From Perna viridis (taxonomy: Eukaryota), in contig CM074515.1 of NCBI GenBank assembly GCA_037379345.1, positions 47,993,743 to 48,057,742 of the forward strand: a stretch of DNA of 64,000 nucleotides, written 5' to 3'. Positions 51,401-63,508 of the stretch are shown one piece after another (position 1 is the stretch's first letter; every line of letters starts with the position of its first letter). The position numbers and the translations under genes were made by a program. The notes beneath the pieces were generated by a model that saw nothing but the letters and a program-made list of their open reading frames with translations, was not told where the DNA came from and did not search any database.

Positions 51401-53443
51401 TAATAGCATAAAAGGACTAAAAAATATCACGATTATATAATGTACCACAGTAAACAGCGATTTAAGTAGAATTCTCCATCCCCAGTTTGCAGAGAAAATA
51501 ATTCTGTTCTCCACTATAGGGTTTCTTTATGCTATATCTGATTTGTTCTAAATCTATTGTCTTTTTGAAGTTTCCAGCACTGTTTGGTCCACATTATCCC
51601 CTCATTATATATAGCTACTTTTTATTTCATGCCCTTTTGTTATCTGGATATTTTGTTACCTATCTACTATATCATATATAGGGTGATCTGTACATGTAGA
51701 TAGGTAAGCCTAATCAAACCTTTATTTTACATTTATAACCCTCTAATAAATTTCAAATTTCAAACAAGTTGCCCCAAAGCAAACTTACAAGTTGGTACAA
51801 AGCAGGGGTCAATAAAAAGACAACAAATTAGATCACATCCAGATTAAAGTTGTTGCTAAATTGCTGGCATTTTAAGAAAAATAAAAGTTTAATTCATTCT
51901 ATCATTAAAATTTAATCTATCTTTGCTGAATTTCATACCAGTTAGTCTAACTGGCCTAACAGATTCACCTTGAAAGGGTTCTATGTCAAACCTCAGTCAA
52001 ATGTCGATAAAATCTTAAATTTCAACCCTCAATTTTACAGTTCAATACATACATGTAATGGTAAAAATGCAGCATTGTTGTAATTAAAGGTATTATTTTT
52101 CATAGATAACAAAAATTATGAATCAGTTTTAAAGAATTAAAATTCCCCAACTTTCAGTTTTTACAATATGTTTTCAAATGGGCCAATAATTAATAATTAT
52201 TAAATCATGGGTCTGATTTAATTATTTCTAGATGAACCATGGTGGAATTATCAGGCAATAACAAACATATGAATATCAAACGATTTAAGTAACAGAACCT
52301 CCTATTCAAAAACATAACACAATAAACATTTTACTTTATTTTTAACTTTAATTTCGGTGAAATTTCACAAGCCCAAAAGAAGTTTAACTGGTCAGGTCCA
52401 CTGGATATGTGGAAAGACAGCTAAATCATACAATAATTCACATACAGTGTGTTTCACAAATTCAAAATTATGAATTTATTAAACATTTGAAACATTAAAA
52501 AAATAAAAAAGAGGACAACTTAGGTACATAAGTCAAGCTTACATTTACACCAACAAAACCCTAAAACCCAACTTCCCCTAAGTAATATTTAATCCATTAA
52601 CAAAACAGCACAAAATTCATCAACTAGCAAAAAGGACAAAGTTATCTCTCCTTGCTTGTACCTTTTTTACCTCTTTACAATGAAAACAAAAAAAGTTGTT
52701 TTAGATCAAACTCTTGAATTAAGTGGATAAATATGTTCTATTTATTTAAAATCTAACTTTATTTACAAAGCATCTTTAAATAATACCCTAATTTTTTATA
52801 ACAAATTATTTTTTCCCACATGTCTACAAATATTTTGAAAGTATTATCTCCAAATTTCAATTAGAGGATTATCCAGTCTGAGAGGTGATATGAAGTTATA
52901 TCTTTGACCAAAACAAAAAGATTAAGTTTAAGGATTAAGAGACCACCATTATCTGTATGACAGTTTTAGGCAGGCTAGAATATTCTCATGGTAGTATGTA
53001 GAAAAAAATTGCACATTGTTTACCGTTTCCACATTATTTCATGATTTACTTTCTCTATTTAAAGGCATTTGACCCAATATCTAAAGATCAAATTTTCAGT
53101 GGTACTGTTTGTATTACACTTAAATGGCTTTTACAAATTGTGAGAGTGATCTAAAGAGTTGGAGAAGAAGTGACAAGGACACTGCTGAGCTACCAGAAAA
53201 CATAGAAATGTAGAAAGAAACTAATGTTTATAAAGTGTATGGACCTTATTTTTTGAAAACCAGGATTTGTAGCTATGTTTTTATTCTGTTGGATTATGGG
53301 AATATGCTACAGTTTCCTATATTTTTTTGCTTATTCTAAGTAATAAATATAAAAATAAATCTGAACTTTGACATTGAAGCCCAGAACTCACCTTCAAATA
53401 TGAGCAGAAGTGACAATAATAGTAGAAAGACACAATTCCACAT
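15285..53443 (-). CDS. ed: Echinoid-like Ig-superfamily cell adhesion receptor (7 Ig + FN3 + degenerate FN3 + TM + PDZ-binding tail), 21 coding exons, ~1109 aa
   Basis: The exon chain assembled from splice sites keeps frame throughout (3330 nt). Domain count and C-terminus KKVIYEVVV resemble Drosophila Echinoid (7 Ig, 2 FN3, C-terminal EIIV PDZ motif). Orthology is inferred, not searched; an automated pipeline may label it nephrin- or hemicentin-like. Confidence 0.8.
16226..16255 (-). CDS. Echinoid-like cytoplasmic microexon, 30 nt (DKSYFNEKEG)
   Basis: tttcag| ... GAG|gtaagc, phase 1-1. Confidence 0.7.
17397..17465 (-). CDS. Echinoid-like cytoplasmic exon, 69 nt (SQVPTFENIPEEHENVDYVNLNE), GC donor
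   Basis: gtattttag| acceptor, AAG|gcaagt donor (GC-AG consensus), phase 1-1. Confidence 0.65.
17793..17912 (-). CDS. Echinoid-like cytoplasmic exon (NDLSRNGYLPHF...YDPEYENEMNRRNA)
   Basis: gttttcag| ... A|gtaagt, phase 1-1. Confidence 0.8.
18298..18521. repeat. 49-bp minisatellite, ~4.5 copies
   Basis: Unit tttaagttggatagggaagggggtttataaaatcttctcagagaggtat at 18351, 18400 and 18449, with degenerate edge copies. Confidence 0.95.
19226..19371 (-). CDS. Echinoid-like cytoplasmic exon (STNLSANGHAPPTKPPRLE...AYINPSYAHD)
   Basis: tttcag| ... A|gtgagt, phase 2-1. Contains PxxPPR and NPxY motifs. Confidence 0.8.
20600..20621 (-). CDS. Echinoid-like 22-nt microexon (AKQIPPPT)
   Basis: ctcttctattacag| ... 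AC|gtaagt. Converts phase 1 (TM exon) to phase 2, which the next exon requires. Confidence 0.75.
22093..22215 (-). CDS. Echinoid-like transmembrane exon
   Basis: MSSTPDLTETEVIIIGCVCAAILIALLIVLVIIIIRRRKL: hydrophobic helix plus basic stop-transfer. ttgcag| ... G|gtaagt. Confidence 0.9.
27329..27513. mobile_element. Tc1/pogo (Tigger)-type MITE
   Basis: TA|cagtcaaacctgt ... acaggtttgattg|TA. Confidence 0.7.
33590..33880. repeat. 51-bp C-rich minisatellite, ~5.5 degenerate copies
   Basis: tgtcagggcaccac-like starts at 33606, 33657, 33708 and 33759. A period divisible by 3 explains the three overlapping repetitive ORFs. Confidence 0.9.
34470..34810 (+). mobile_element. Degenerate Helentron-associated (HINE/DINE-1/pearl-like) element
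   Basis: Starts aaacaag in an A-run, has G-rich then gacagatggaca microsatellite-like segment, and a short 3' hairpin remnant followed by tataaaaa. Confidence 0.4.
36093..36467 (+). mobile_element. TTAA-flanked MITE (Kolobok/piggyBac-type target), copy 1
   Basis: TTAA at 36089-36092 and 36468-36471. Subterminal IR tgtaagaatcaggca / tgcctgattcttaca. Homologous to 49603-49930 in reverse orientation. Confidence 0.75.
37658..37936 (-). CDS. Echinoid-like membrane-proximal degenerate FN3-like exon
   Basis: SYTFPIIGGSLQYSDQSKQLELNLNVNNTFCVKVKLSTNGGNSWQ...CSVPVSVKI; ttttcag| ... A|gtaagt, phase 1-1. Confidence 0.85.
38799..38894 (-). CDS. Echinoid-like FN3 C-terminal half exon
   Basis: NLIPSTTYIFQIYGHNQLGNGQMSESITVSTD (FN3 L.P.T.Y...N..G motif), canonical splice sites. 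Confidence 0.92.
39157..39348 (-). CDS. Echinoid-like FN3 N-terminal half exon
   Basis: SKPEAPTDL...ITLHWTPGFDGGSLQYFMIRYR, the nephrin/echinoid-type WxPGFDGG motif. Confidence 0.93.
40409..40702 (-). CDS. Echinoid-like Ig7 exon
   Basis: FPPTISPHEKVPAVDGGTAQLKCIGEGYPVPSFTW...SVLQIDRIKSPDYGDYTCQIANQYG. Not in the ORF track. Confidence 0.93.
41046..41153 (-). CDS. Echinoid-like Ig6 second half exon
   Basis: GSNRDGSTNPQISDVANYTCKEMTANIEHTMALFIY (DxAxYTC), phase 1-1. Confidence 0.88.
41541..41752. mobile_element. Kolobok-like MITE, 212 bp
   Basis: TTAA|ggaggtagacctagggtaagggac ... gtcccttaccctaggtctacctcc|TTAA. Perfect 24-bp TIR with purine-start termini. Confidence 0.88.
41924..42148 (-). CDS. 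Echinoid-like Ig6 first half exon
   Basis: ERPAFVGVHPD...MQCRIRGRPVPRIQWYKDG...VTSQILLE, phase 1-1. Confidence 0.92.
42452..42628 (-). CDS. Echinoid-like Ig5 second exon
   Basis: GYPSPSYEWRK...QLVISGVTLQDNGNYSCIAKNSMGSG. Confidence 0.92.
42906..42992 (-). CDS. Echinoid-like Ig5 first exon
   Basis: YPPGSSFISSVNPVYVGDRLEVSCSVSDP, phase 1-1. Confidence 0.9.
43495..43976. mobile_element. MITE with ~87-bp TIRs and 9-bp TSD (MULE-like)
   Basis: catcctcccaagtcag...tcactcattcatatttagc / gctaaatatgaatgagtga...ctgacttgggaggatg. Flanks atgataatg (43486-43494) and attataatg (43977-43985). Confidence 0.82.
44098..44373 (-). CDS. Echinoid-like Ig4 exon
   Basis: YPPIINIQSTYEVNESEVLDIVCNVQANP...LRIDNIKRSQKGNYSCVSRN. 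Confidence 0.93.
44829..44957 (-). CDS. Echinoid-like Ig3 second half exon
   Basis: TSNTRIEFSPAAKANGGSYTCSTSNTINGQTKTTTETATVNVI. Confidence 0.9.
45354..45666 (+). mobile_element. 3'-terminal fragment of the same Penelope-like family (antisense, intronic)
   Basis: Highly similar to 5457-5743. Retains the last codons and natural stop (ttcaacgggtcatag) plus the 3' UTR. Confidence 0.9.
45693..45830 (-). CDS. Echinoid-like Ig3 first half exon
   Basis: YHPHIVFSPFKDLSVELGKPGSLLCNVSANPAVSSVSWTKDGQPLQ. Confidence 0.9.
46157..46527. mobile_element. Tc1/pogo (Tigger)-type MITE
   Basis: TA|cagtgggttcc ... ggaatccactg|TA with repeated subterminal tatgcaattaacagg. Confidence 0.7.
46720..47022 (-). CDS. 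Echinoid-like Ig2 (C2-set) exon
   Basis: LTCLSKGGNPPPAFTWTKNG...SSSQLTVHLDFSDNLAMYMCNVHN, a nephrin-family second-domain signature. Confidence 0.93.
47492..47800 (-). CDS. Echinoid-like Ig1 exon
   Basis: GSTVTLACRV...VTWNKNG...YNLIITDLQKSDDADYTC. Confidence 0.93.
49603..49930 (-). mobile_element. TTAA-flanked MITE, copy 2 (inverted relative to 36093-36467)
   Basis: TTAA at 49599-49602 and 49931-49934. Both ends align to the 36093-36467 copy in reverse complement. Confidence 0.75.
50246..50638. mobile_element. Tigger-type MITE, apparently interrupted by a HINE-like insertion (~50313-50578)
   Basis: TA|cagttaaacctgt ... acagattttactg|TA. Interior starts aaactagg...gctcaccaaaggataccccc and ends gataaaaaa. 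Confidence 0.5.
53392..53443 (-). CDS. Echinoid-like signal-peptide exon (MWNCVFLLLLSLLLIFE)
   Basis: ATG at 53443, Leu-rich h-region, strong AAG|gtgagt donor in phase 1. Joins Ig1 as ...IFEVVTGATWVQ. Confidence 0.8.
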
Positions 53444-56400
53444 GTCATTGCCTAAAATGTTTGCTAAGTAACATTCATTTGTTGTCTGCTGTCAGCTTCA
53501 ATTCCCTCCGAAAAAATCCAACAAAAATTTTTCCAGTGAAATGAAAAAAAAAAACACCTGGTGATATATTTATAAAGAAGAACTATAAATCCTCAAAACT
53601 GAAAACAAATTCACTAACTTCTTTCACAATGATTTTTTTCCTGATCAACTAATATTCAATCATTGAATGAAAGTTGAGAAATCCTCTCTAAAACTAGAAT
53701 TAAATCACTTATTTCCAATCTTGTGAAAATCAAAGAAAATTTGTCACTTTAACGATCCACTTCTCCTTTCCACAAGAGACAATATTTCTTTGTCAATATC
53801 CTCTGTAGTTTATAGTTTATCTGGAACGAAAAATTATAAACATGAGGTTTAGGCAATAACTAGAGTTTACAGTTTACAACTTTACGACTAGATAATTGGG
53901 TAATAATTGATAAGGGTTTATCATCAGTTATCGTTTGTTCAACCTTTGTGACTTTATTTTACCTGTGTTTATTTGTGACTTATTGTACAATTTCTTACTG
54001 AGAACATATATCAAGATTTGCAGATACTCTAAGTCAGATTAATCAAAAACTTTGAATTCAGCTTGCAAGTTCTCTCCATGGAGGAATACACCATAATCTT
54101 TTTGTCTGTTGAAGTTTAACAAAAACTCTAAATAAACACCAAATTAAAAGTTAATCTTTTTCAACTTCATTTCCAGAAATTTAGAGGAACCAACATTATT
54201 TGGGAGAAGGGCAAAAAAAATTGAATTTGAGAAATTTTAAAGAAATTTAAAAGCAATTTTGTTTCACTACTAAATTAATTATTCAAATGATTAAAGAAAC
54301 TCTGTCTATCCCAAATATTACGTTATTCCTATGAAACTTGTTTCAGAAAGTAAGCAAAATTTCAAGAAGTAAATAAAAGCAGGTAAAAAATTCCAGCTAC
54401 TCCATTATAGGAAGTTAGCAGGTGTGAAGAAAATTAATCTTAATCCTTCAAAATTTACGATTGATGCTTTCATGACTTATCATCTGGTCAAGCAGACGGT
54501 CAGTGAATCTGACATAGTCTTATCAAGTTTTAGCCTCAGAATCTGCAGCTAAATTTATTATTCTGTCATTAACCACACACTAATTTATGTCTACTGCCAA
54601 CTTTAATTTGTTCAAATGTAAATGATTTGTGAGTAAAATTTCAGACTAATTTTTCAATTGTTTCTCTTCATTGATTAAGTGTACAAAGCAACAAGATAAA
54701 TGAACACATTCAGCTGATTTCAATAAACAGGTATTTTTACATACTCAAAATTTCACTTTAAGCCAATTCAATTTATCAAATCTTAAAGCAAAAAACAATG
54801 GCTAAATAAAACAAAGCAAAAATGAAATGACAAATGGGTTTCAATGATACCATTGGTTTATATTCAATTAAGCTGATCACTAGCAAAATGTCCAATATCA
54901 CATACCATGTAATATCCCAAAAAGTTTTTTTTTAAAAATTCAACGATTTTTTCTTCCAAACATTGGATGATATCATACCAACTGTTGGATTGATCAATAA
55001 CAATATCAATAAAAGTACATGTATACAAGCACATCTGTTATCAATGCAATGCACCACTGCATAACGAAGATCATTTTCTACTTCCATGAGCAGACCGGTT
55101 TTGTCAATTTGACGTCTGAAGCAGATTTGCATATTGACATAATATTTTGTACATTAAGGGTATAATGACTGTTATAGAAATCCATTTTTAATGACATAAG
55201 ATTCTCTCACTCCTTTAAAGGTAAATGAAGCAAAACCATATCATTTAAGACATGAAAACTCTGAACTCACAGCTAAAGCTTATCAACGAGTAAGCTTAAG
55301 TAAATCTTAAAGTTTACACAAGAAGATTTTTAAGTATATTTCAAGCATAGAATGGATCTTAAACTATACTCTTTGTTGTAAAACTTTCCTGAACTGATTG
55401 CCATAGATCTTAAACTGTAACCTTATGGAAACCATACTTGAACTTAAATTTCCTGAACAGGTGACCTTCCTTACTTGTAAGTTTTTTTTTACAGTTTTCA
55501 GAGTTTCTTTAAATTAAATTCAATATATATAGACTTTTATGGATATTTCATAACCTGAATGGCTTAGACAAGTTTTTATTTATCATTTTATCATTATTGG
55601 GTACTTTAAAGGAACCATCTAAACCTTACTTGTCTTAGCTTTACAAATAAAAACAATACCCTGATGCAAAGACAAAATCATAAAGTTACTTTTAAATTAT
55701 GTTGATAGTAAAAGAATAGGAAAACACACCTATGTTGTCCATAAAATATAGGAAAAAATATATGTCCACCCCATAATAAAGTATGAAATACACAGGGCTA
55801 ATCACTGACTAGGTATGCATGAAATTGACATTGTTATAGATGAGAAATGGACAACAAGTGATTAAGTAGGTAATTTACAGACCGATGATCATGGCCAAGA
55901 AGTAAAAATGTCTCCAATCACCAATCATGTGGTATTTCACACTTGGTATGGAGGCCATTTTAATGTAAATATGTCTACTTCTTAGACTATTGGTCTGTTG
56001 CTTTTTGGGTGGCAGACCTTGGCTAGTTTTGACATTTATACTACAAGTCAATCTTTATTGCAGTAGGACTTATTCTGGCAGATAAGGACATTATTACTGT
56101 ATTTCTATAAAGGCAGACCATTTTCTTTTTGAAGGGACCTGCTTCTTTTGTTGAGAAGGTTGTTTTTTTTTTTTTGTGCAACAGATTTTTTTTCCCAGTA
56201 GCAGTTGGAGATATATTTCTTTATTTGAAATTTGTTAAATAATGAGGAAATATTTAATATATTTTTCTGTCCATGACTCAGTAAATTAAAAAAAGAATTG
56301 TTAAATTTTGGAATCAATTAATTTCCACCACCCCCCCAAAAAAAAAAAAAATCCAAAGCCCCACCCCTAGCTAATAAAATGGTTTGGCACATTGTGTTAC

Positions 56401-59400
56401 TTGTTAAGATTTGATCAAAAGATTTTTAACTGGTGGACAATAAATGATTTTAAGTAAAAAAAAATGTGCTTCGCAGAGTTAATGCTCTAAAGTCCACAAT
56501 TATTGTTAGTTCTCCATATCAATTAATATGTTTGCATATAATATTCAATTTACAATAACTTTTCACTTTCTTTGTTCTCTTGTTCTAATTCTTATTTCCC
56601 ATTACAAATTTCCATATTTAGAAATACACATCATCTTTCTATGTTAATACTTCATACAATCCAAAAAGTACAAATTTCTTACTTACCTTTAATTTTTAAA
56701 TCCAAAACATTAAAAATCCCAAAATAATAGTTATCCTCCTTGAATTAAAGTTGCTCTTTTCTTTGGGTAGTTCATAAATCAATGTCACAGATAGACTGAC
56801 AATCATTGCATAATAGCACAAAATTATTATTCATTTTTTGTCAAATTATCACTTCTTTTACAATAACTTGTTAATCTCCCTAATTTGTCTTTTAGATAAA
56901 CTGCCAATCAAAATATTTACCTGCCTCAGGTAGACAAGAAATTGATTCCTACCTGCTGGACAGGTGTGCAACATGCTGAGCACAGTTTCTCAAGAGTTAA
57001 GTCCCTTGTTTTGATCCCTGGAAGCCATTAAAATCTTAAGATCATGCCATATTTATAGCCCTAAGCAATAAAATATAATTCAACTGAATTACTGATATGA
57101 TAAATTGAACAAATATTGTTTTTCAAAATAAATAAATATTTTTCTAGAAAACAAAGAAGTTAAATATATCTGTTTTTATAAGGATTAAAAGGTCATCTAC
57201 TTGATGTTTAAAATATAATGGATTACTATAAACACTAATAAAAAAGTTCCCACTCTAAAATCTGAGTTAAGTGTTCATAAAATAAGGACATTTAACTTGA
57301 AATGATTTAATATTAGGATGGTTGGAGATTATGAATTATTGTTCATTCCCACCTTAAAAAAAACAAAAAAAAAACACACACACACACACCCAAGGAGCTC
57401 TCAACATAGGGTTTCAAAATGCTATGTAGTATGTACCATCCCATAATGAAAAGCATGAGTTAATTTTGTCAGTTTTTAAAGAAAAAGAACTTCTGCTATA
57501 ATGCCCAAAATTTCATTTTCAGAAATTTAATATGGAGTTTTTCCAGAAAAATATCTTGAACAAATATTAACTATTAAACTTTCAAAGAAATAAAAGATAA
57601 ACATGACTAAAAATTCACCTAGAAAGTTACACATTCTTAATTAAGATAAAACCCAATTTTCTCAGAACTTTCAAGGGCAGATGATGTGCAGAAACATGCA
57701 GTAGTCTTGTCATCTGCAAACAACAAAAAAAAACAAATCTTGGGCAAAACTGTGAAAAACAAAAGAATTATCAAAAGAAAGACATAAGCAAATGATAGCA
57801 CTTGCTAACATGCCCAATTAATTGATAATAGGTAACATGTGCAGATAACAACATCATAATTTCACCAACAGTTAGAATTACGATCAGGTAGAATAAATAA
57901 TATAATGGATGTATTTTTGCAGTTGGATATGAATAATAAAATAGTGCATTATGATAATTACTCTATGTTGGTGAACTAACCATAAAATTAAAGTCCTCCC
58001 ATGACTTTGCTAAATTAAAGTCAACTTAGTCTGTCAGCAATTATGAGTTCAAAATAACTTTTTTTTTCTTTAGAGAAATCCTTCTTGGTTGTTTCTCCAT
58101 ACTGATAAATATAGTGGAAAAAACTTGACTTTGTGTTGTTTTTTTTCCCAAATAAAAATATGTTTAATACATTTCTGATACAATTCATGGTTAGAGCTGT
58201 GAATAACAGAATATTTTTTCTTAAAAAATTAAATAAAATAACTGTTATTTTTTTATGTTTTATTCTTCTGAACTACCAGTATGTAAGGCTAAATATTTAT
58301 GCCATGAAAAAGAAAAAAAAATTGATCAGTCAAAAACAACATTATCTATCAACGGTATATCTCTGACATATCTACTGGTCCCGAGGCTACGATGATTTCC
58401 GATGTTTACTAATCTACTATCAATCACGGCTGTCCGTATTTACTCAAGTACAAATTAAAATCAAATGACATATAAAGAAATAAGGAAATATGTAGAATGA
58501 TACATGAAATCACCATGGTAAGAGATATATTCAACAAATAAGGGTAAAAATTATTGTGGGTGCAAAGTCCAGAGTCCCAAATTTTTTACCTCTGACCTTT
58601 GACATTACATTAACCTAGGTACTGTACCTTCAACTCTTTTCTTTGAGACTTAACTAATGACTTTTGGGATTCCCCAGGGTGACCACTTATTTGAAACTAT
58701 GAAAAAAAAAACAGGCTTTCCATTCTTCAAAGTAATTTTTAAGCACTATTTACACTGAATATCTATGTAACTGGGTTTCATAACATCCATTGACTTTACA
58801 AATTGCTTTTAAAAAGTACAAAAATTTTGAAATTTGAAATTTTTGCCTCATAAATTACTTCAGCTATTTGCTTAAAATAGATCTATTTCTTAAAACTTTT
58901 TTAATCAAAAAGCAAAATTAGTTTTCATTAAAAATGAGACTTTTAAGAGTGTTGTTCAAAGACATTTGTCCATAGGCCTGTGACATCAAATTATCTAAAA
59001 ACTATAAAATAAAACATCTTGGTGATCTTAAGTGTGGTCAACTGCTTCACACAAAAGCTTTAACGGATGGCTAAATGTCCTGATTTCTAATCTATCCCAT
59101 CAAATAATGAGAAATTAACCATAATGTTCAATATTTTCATACTAACAAGGAGGTTGCCTTACCCCATAAACATAAAGATCCAATCACAAAAAAAGAAATC
59201 ATAGAAAAAATTAACTTAGGACTTGATTAATCTTACATGGTCCTATCATGTGATAGAAGAACACCCACAAAACGAAAATTGAAATTTAAACTCATGAGAA
59301 GTTAAAACCATGACAAGGAAAACTGCAGTCCCATTTAGATAATTGTAGTGGGATTTATTTAGCTCCAAATTAAGCTACTTGTTTGGTTATGAAAGCCGAA

Positions 59401-62400
59401 ACCTGGCAAAGAGTGCATCTAATTAGGTTTTTCAATTGCGTTTTAAATGGCAATCAATGTATTCAGAGATAAATAAATTCAAACACTTCTTGTGCTGATT
59501 GTGTAAACTCTCTGTGTATTATAAGCCCTATATGGATCATATGTATTGACATAAAGCTCTAAATAAGGTGTCTTGTCTAAAATTCAACACCGTCCAAAAT
59601 CTTTTTTGTCAATACAATATTTCTGACAGTTCAAATGTTTATCGTTGCCTCAAGATGTGATAAAAAAATACAAAAAACTTGTGATCAAACAAAATTTAAA
59701 TAGAAATCTGGCCTTGTCGGATCTGTTCTATTGACAGAAAAGCTTAAAGCAGGGATCTTTAAGCCTACTTGAGGAATCCTCATACCTTACTTGGGTTATT
59801 AGTCCTATTTAAATCTGGTTCTTGCTACTATAACAAACTAATTATATTTGGATGATATTGCAAATAGGTGTTCACTATCAGGTCTTGCACACAAGAAAAC
59901 AACTTGAAGAGGCATTCAACTTATATTTTACTTTAACAGGTTGAAACCCAATGTATCAATTTGCCACTTCTACATTTAAATGTTACAAAAGAAAGTTTCT
60001 AAATAGCAAACACCATTTTATAGGGGAAGAGGGTGAGCCTATCCCTCCTAATTCCAACCTAGATAAGAAATACTGTACATTGGCTCAGGCTTCCTGCAAT
60101 AACTAAAAAAGACCAAAATAAAAAAGATTCCAATAACATAGTTTGTATATTTACCAAAAAATTTTAATGTCTTGTGAAAAACAAAACCTTATAATGACTG
60201 CAGAAGAACTCTTCAAAAATATCTACAATAACCCCCCATTATAACCTATTTTCTGCTCTTCAGTCAATACAATATTGGTTCTAAGGGTTACTAACATCAA
60301 CAGGTCTCAATTACTCATAGATTTCAGTATCAAGCCATCAATACTAAAATAATAATAATAAAGGGCTTCCAATCATCAGTCTATTTGTCCCAACAGTTTT
60401 AAGTTTAATGTTTATCATCAATATGGACCAAATACAAATTTCTACCATTCCCAATTGCTAATAGCAAAATAATTGTCTACAACACAACATGAAATATTGA
60501 TGTCTTGCAAAGGCCCTTATTTTTTAAAGCGTCTTAGTACATATAATCGATTCTATTTAATTTTAAAAAAAGATTTTCACAGGCCTTCCGGAAAAAAAAT
60601 CTAGGAATTGGTATTAAATAATTTGCCAGTTCAGTGGTCAATGCAAAACCAATTTCCAGAACTAGAGTTAGTTGTAACAAGCCTATTTTTTTTAATACAG
60701 AAGTCTTTTCACACACAAATACAACCAAAATAAATGTCGGACAATAAGTGCTACTTATAATGTAATTTTCCTTCAAAATCCGAGTTTTAATTTAGATAAA
60801 GTAATTTGTACCGATTTATACTCATAAATAACCTAATGCCACTTATCGTTATTGTGAAAATACATGCAATTTATTTGATAAATCATTTAAATCAAAATAT
60901 CCTCAGCTTTACACAACGTTTAAATTCTGAGCCATCGGTTGTTTAAAACAAACAAATTTAACAATATTGAGTCATGTGTAAAATGTAAATTTTGATAAAT
61001 TACTTCAATATTTTGATCGTATAATGCTTACAAACATGCGACAAACTTAGGATTAAAATGGCTGAAATGTAAACTTGGTACTTGAAATTTGTTTTCAACG
61101 ATATTGTCAAAATGATCTTGGGGATGAACATGAAAAAGCAATTAAGTAAAAATTTCTGTAATAAGTTTAGGTTACATTTGACCCAATGATCCTCAAGGAT
61201 AAAGTGAAGCTCCATCATATGATATTTATTAATAAATTTATAATAATTTCAATGTCATTTAATATCAGAGGAATTACCTAATAATATTGTTTCCAGCCCA
61301 AAAATAAAATTGAACTATTTATTAAAACCTACTGCAGAATTTCAAGACTAAGTTATAACTTGTTCAGCAGTTTTTCTTTAACAAACCCTTGATGACATCT
61401 ACTAGAAAATGTCCTACAAGACACCATCTTGTTATGCAATAAAAAGAAACAAATGACAGTGCCATGCAACATGTCAGACAGTTACCACCCATGGTCAATC
61501 CTCTGATATGTGCATTTCTGAAGGTCAATAAAATGAAAATTAGTTCAGCTATCGAAAGACCAACACCCATATCATTGTGGTTCATAGAATTAAATGTTTT
61601 ACATTTGACCTTAATAGAAAACCCTTCCTACATCATGTTATTAATTGCCGATCAGTTTATAATGAAATAATTATTTTTCAAGGCACATTGGCTGCGGTGT
61701 CCATTGACTAAAGTGTCATTTTTGTTAAAACTTTATACTTGACGTTTTTGACATAGTAATTAACTACTTGGGTCATGCAATCGTTTTGTGTATTGAACCC
61801 TCAGTCTGTGTCCCATTCACCTTTGATAGATGAGAGTTTAATACAGGGTTATATCAGTTTACAAACAAATCTTTGATTTCACATTAATTACAACCATACT
61901 AAAATATGTCAGAAGTGCACTCATTAAACTTCCCAATTTAAATCTTGGATACGGTCTGGGTCTCGGTCTCGTTCTGAATCCAGTAATGTAAAATTTAACT
62001 CTAGTTTCTTAAATACATGAAAATATTATGTAATAAAAGATTATTAAGCCATTCTTGTGCAAAAACTCTAACTTGTCCATGAAATGCAGCTTTTTCAGTT
62101 GAAACTGATGTTACCAAGTAATTCATGTTCTGGGATATTTCTGCACACCTACTGCATGCTAACCATAGAGGTATGGATTGCAATTCAAGCTTAAAAGTTA
62201 CAAGGGTCTTATGCACAACAGGAATACATTGTACTATACAATCAAAATAAAAAGTTAAAATAAAAGTCTCCAAATCTAACAACATGACCGTAACCATTTC
62301 CATCTCTAAGCCTAATAATTTTAAAGAAAAACCACAAAAAAGTAAAGTAAGCAAAATTACAGAGCTGCAAAATCACCAAATAATTTCTTTTCATCTATTT

Positions 62401-63508
62401 CAAAAAGTTTCAAATGAAGTTTGTTATTCACACGGTTTATACATTACTAATCACACATTTAGCCTTCTATCATCCAATAAGACGAGATTTTACTTATTTT
62501 AAATTACGTGTTCAAACTATACTTTGCATGCAGTTAAAAACCGTCAACAGCTTTATCAATCTACGGGAGTGTATTAAATTCGTGTTTTTATGGTTGAATT
62601 ATACGCTTTTGATGAAAGCTCCATGTTATTTGAATTGCAAATATAAATTTCCTTATACCCACTTATTATTGAGTAACTGACTAAAACCGAACTCATCATG
62701 CATGAAAAGACATCACTGAAAAGAAATGAAAAACTGTGGCTTTGATATCCATCTTGGTGAGGGAAGTACAGGCCAAAGTCGATCTATTGCAGTCACATGG
62801 TACTATTTCTTACCGGCTTAATAACATCAGGTGCTTCAATAATCGTCACCTGCGAAAGGCCATCCCACTCATTGAATATTAAACAAATTAGGTGTATACG
62901 AAACAAGTATAAGCACCTAATATTTACAATATTTTCTAAATAAAAATTCAATCAACGATGCAACAAATTTCAAATTATGCACAAATATAAAAGTTTTCAT
63001 GACAACAACATGAGGTGAACAAGCAAGAAATTTATTCAAATATAGTCATTGGTATCAGCAGCTCTATAAAGCCATATTATTTAATCAAACATACCTAAGA
63101 AGTCCATAATTGAGGGTTAACTTGTATCATTAGTGACCATTAAACCACAAAAATCTCAGGGCCTATGACTAGTGATGTTCCCTTTAGATATCCCACAACT
63201 GGGCTTAGTTCACAACCATCATCATGAGTATCTTATGATACGATGAAAACCAAATAATGAATAAACCAAAAACTTGTCTAAATCTTTCAAGTACTGATAT
63301 CCTTCCATATATACTGAACCAAAGCATAAAAACATACCAAGCATCACAAAAGTGAATTTTCAATTAAAACAGTCTTCCAACCTAACTACACAACCATTCA
63401 GCATTATTATATGGCAAAAGCCCCAAACAGCTGATCTAAAAGTCAGTTCTCCATAAGATAAAAATAGTGCCATTAGATAAGGATCTACCTGTCACACCAT
63501 CAAACAAA

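Noticed and set aside
63086-63107. Mini first exon MDFL with G|gtatgt donor
   Set aside because: Phase-compatible with Ig1 but has no signal peptide and is too short to distinguish from chance.
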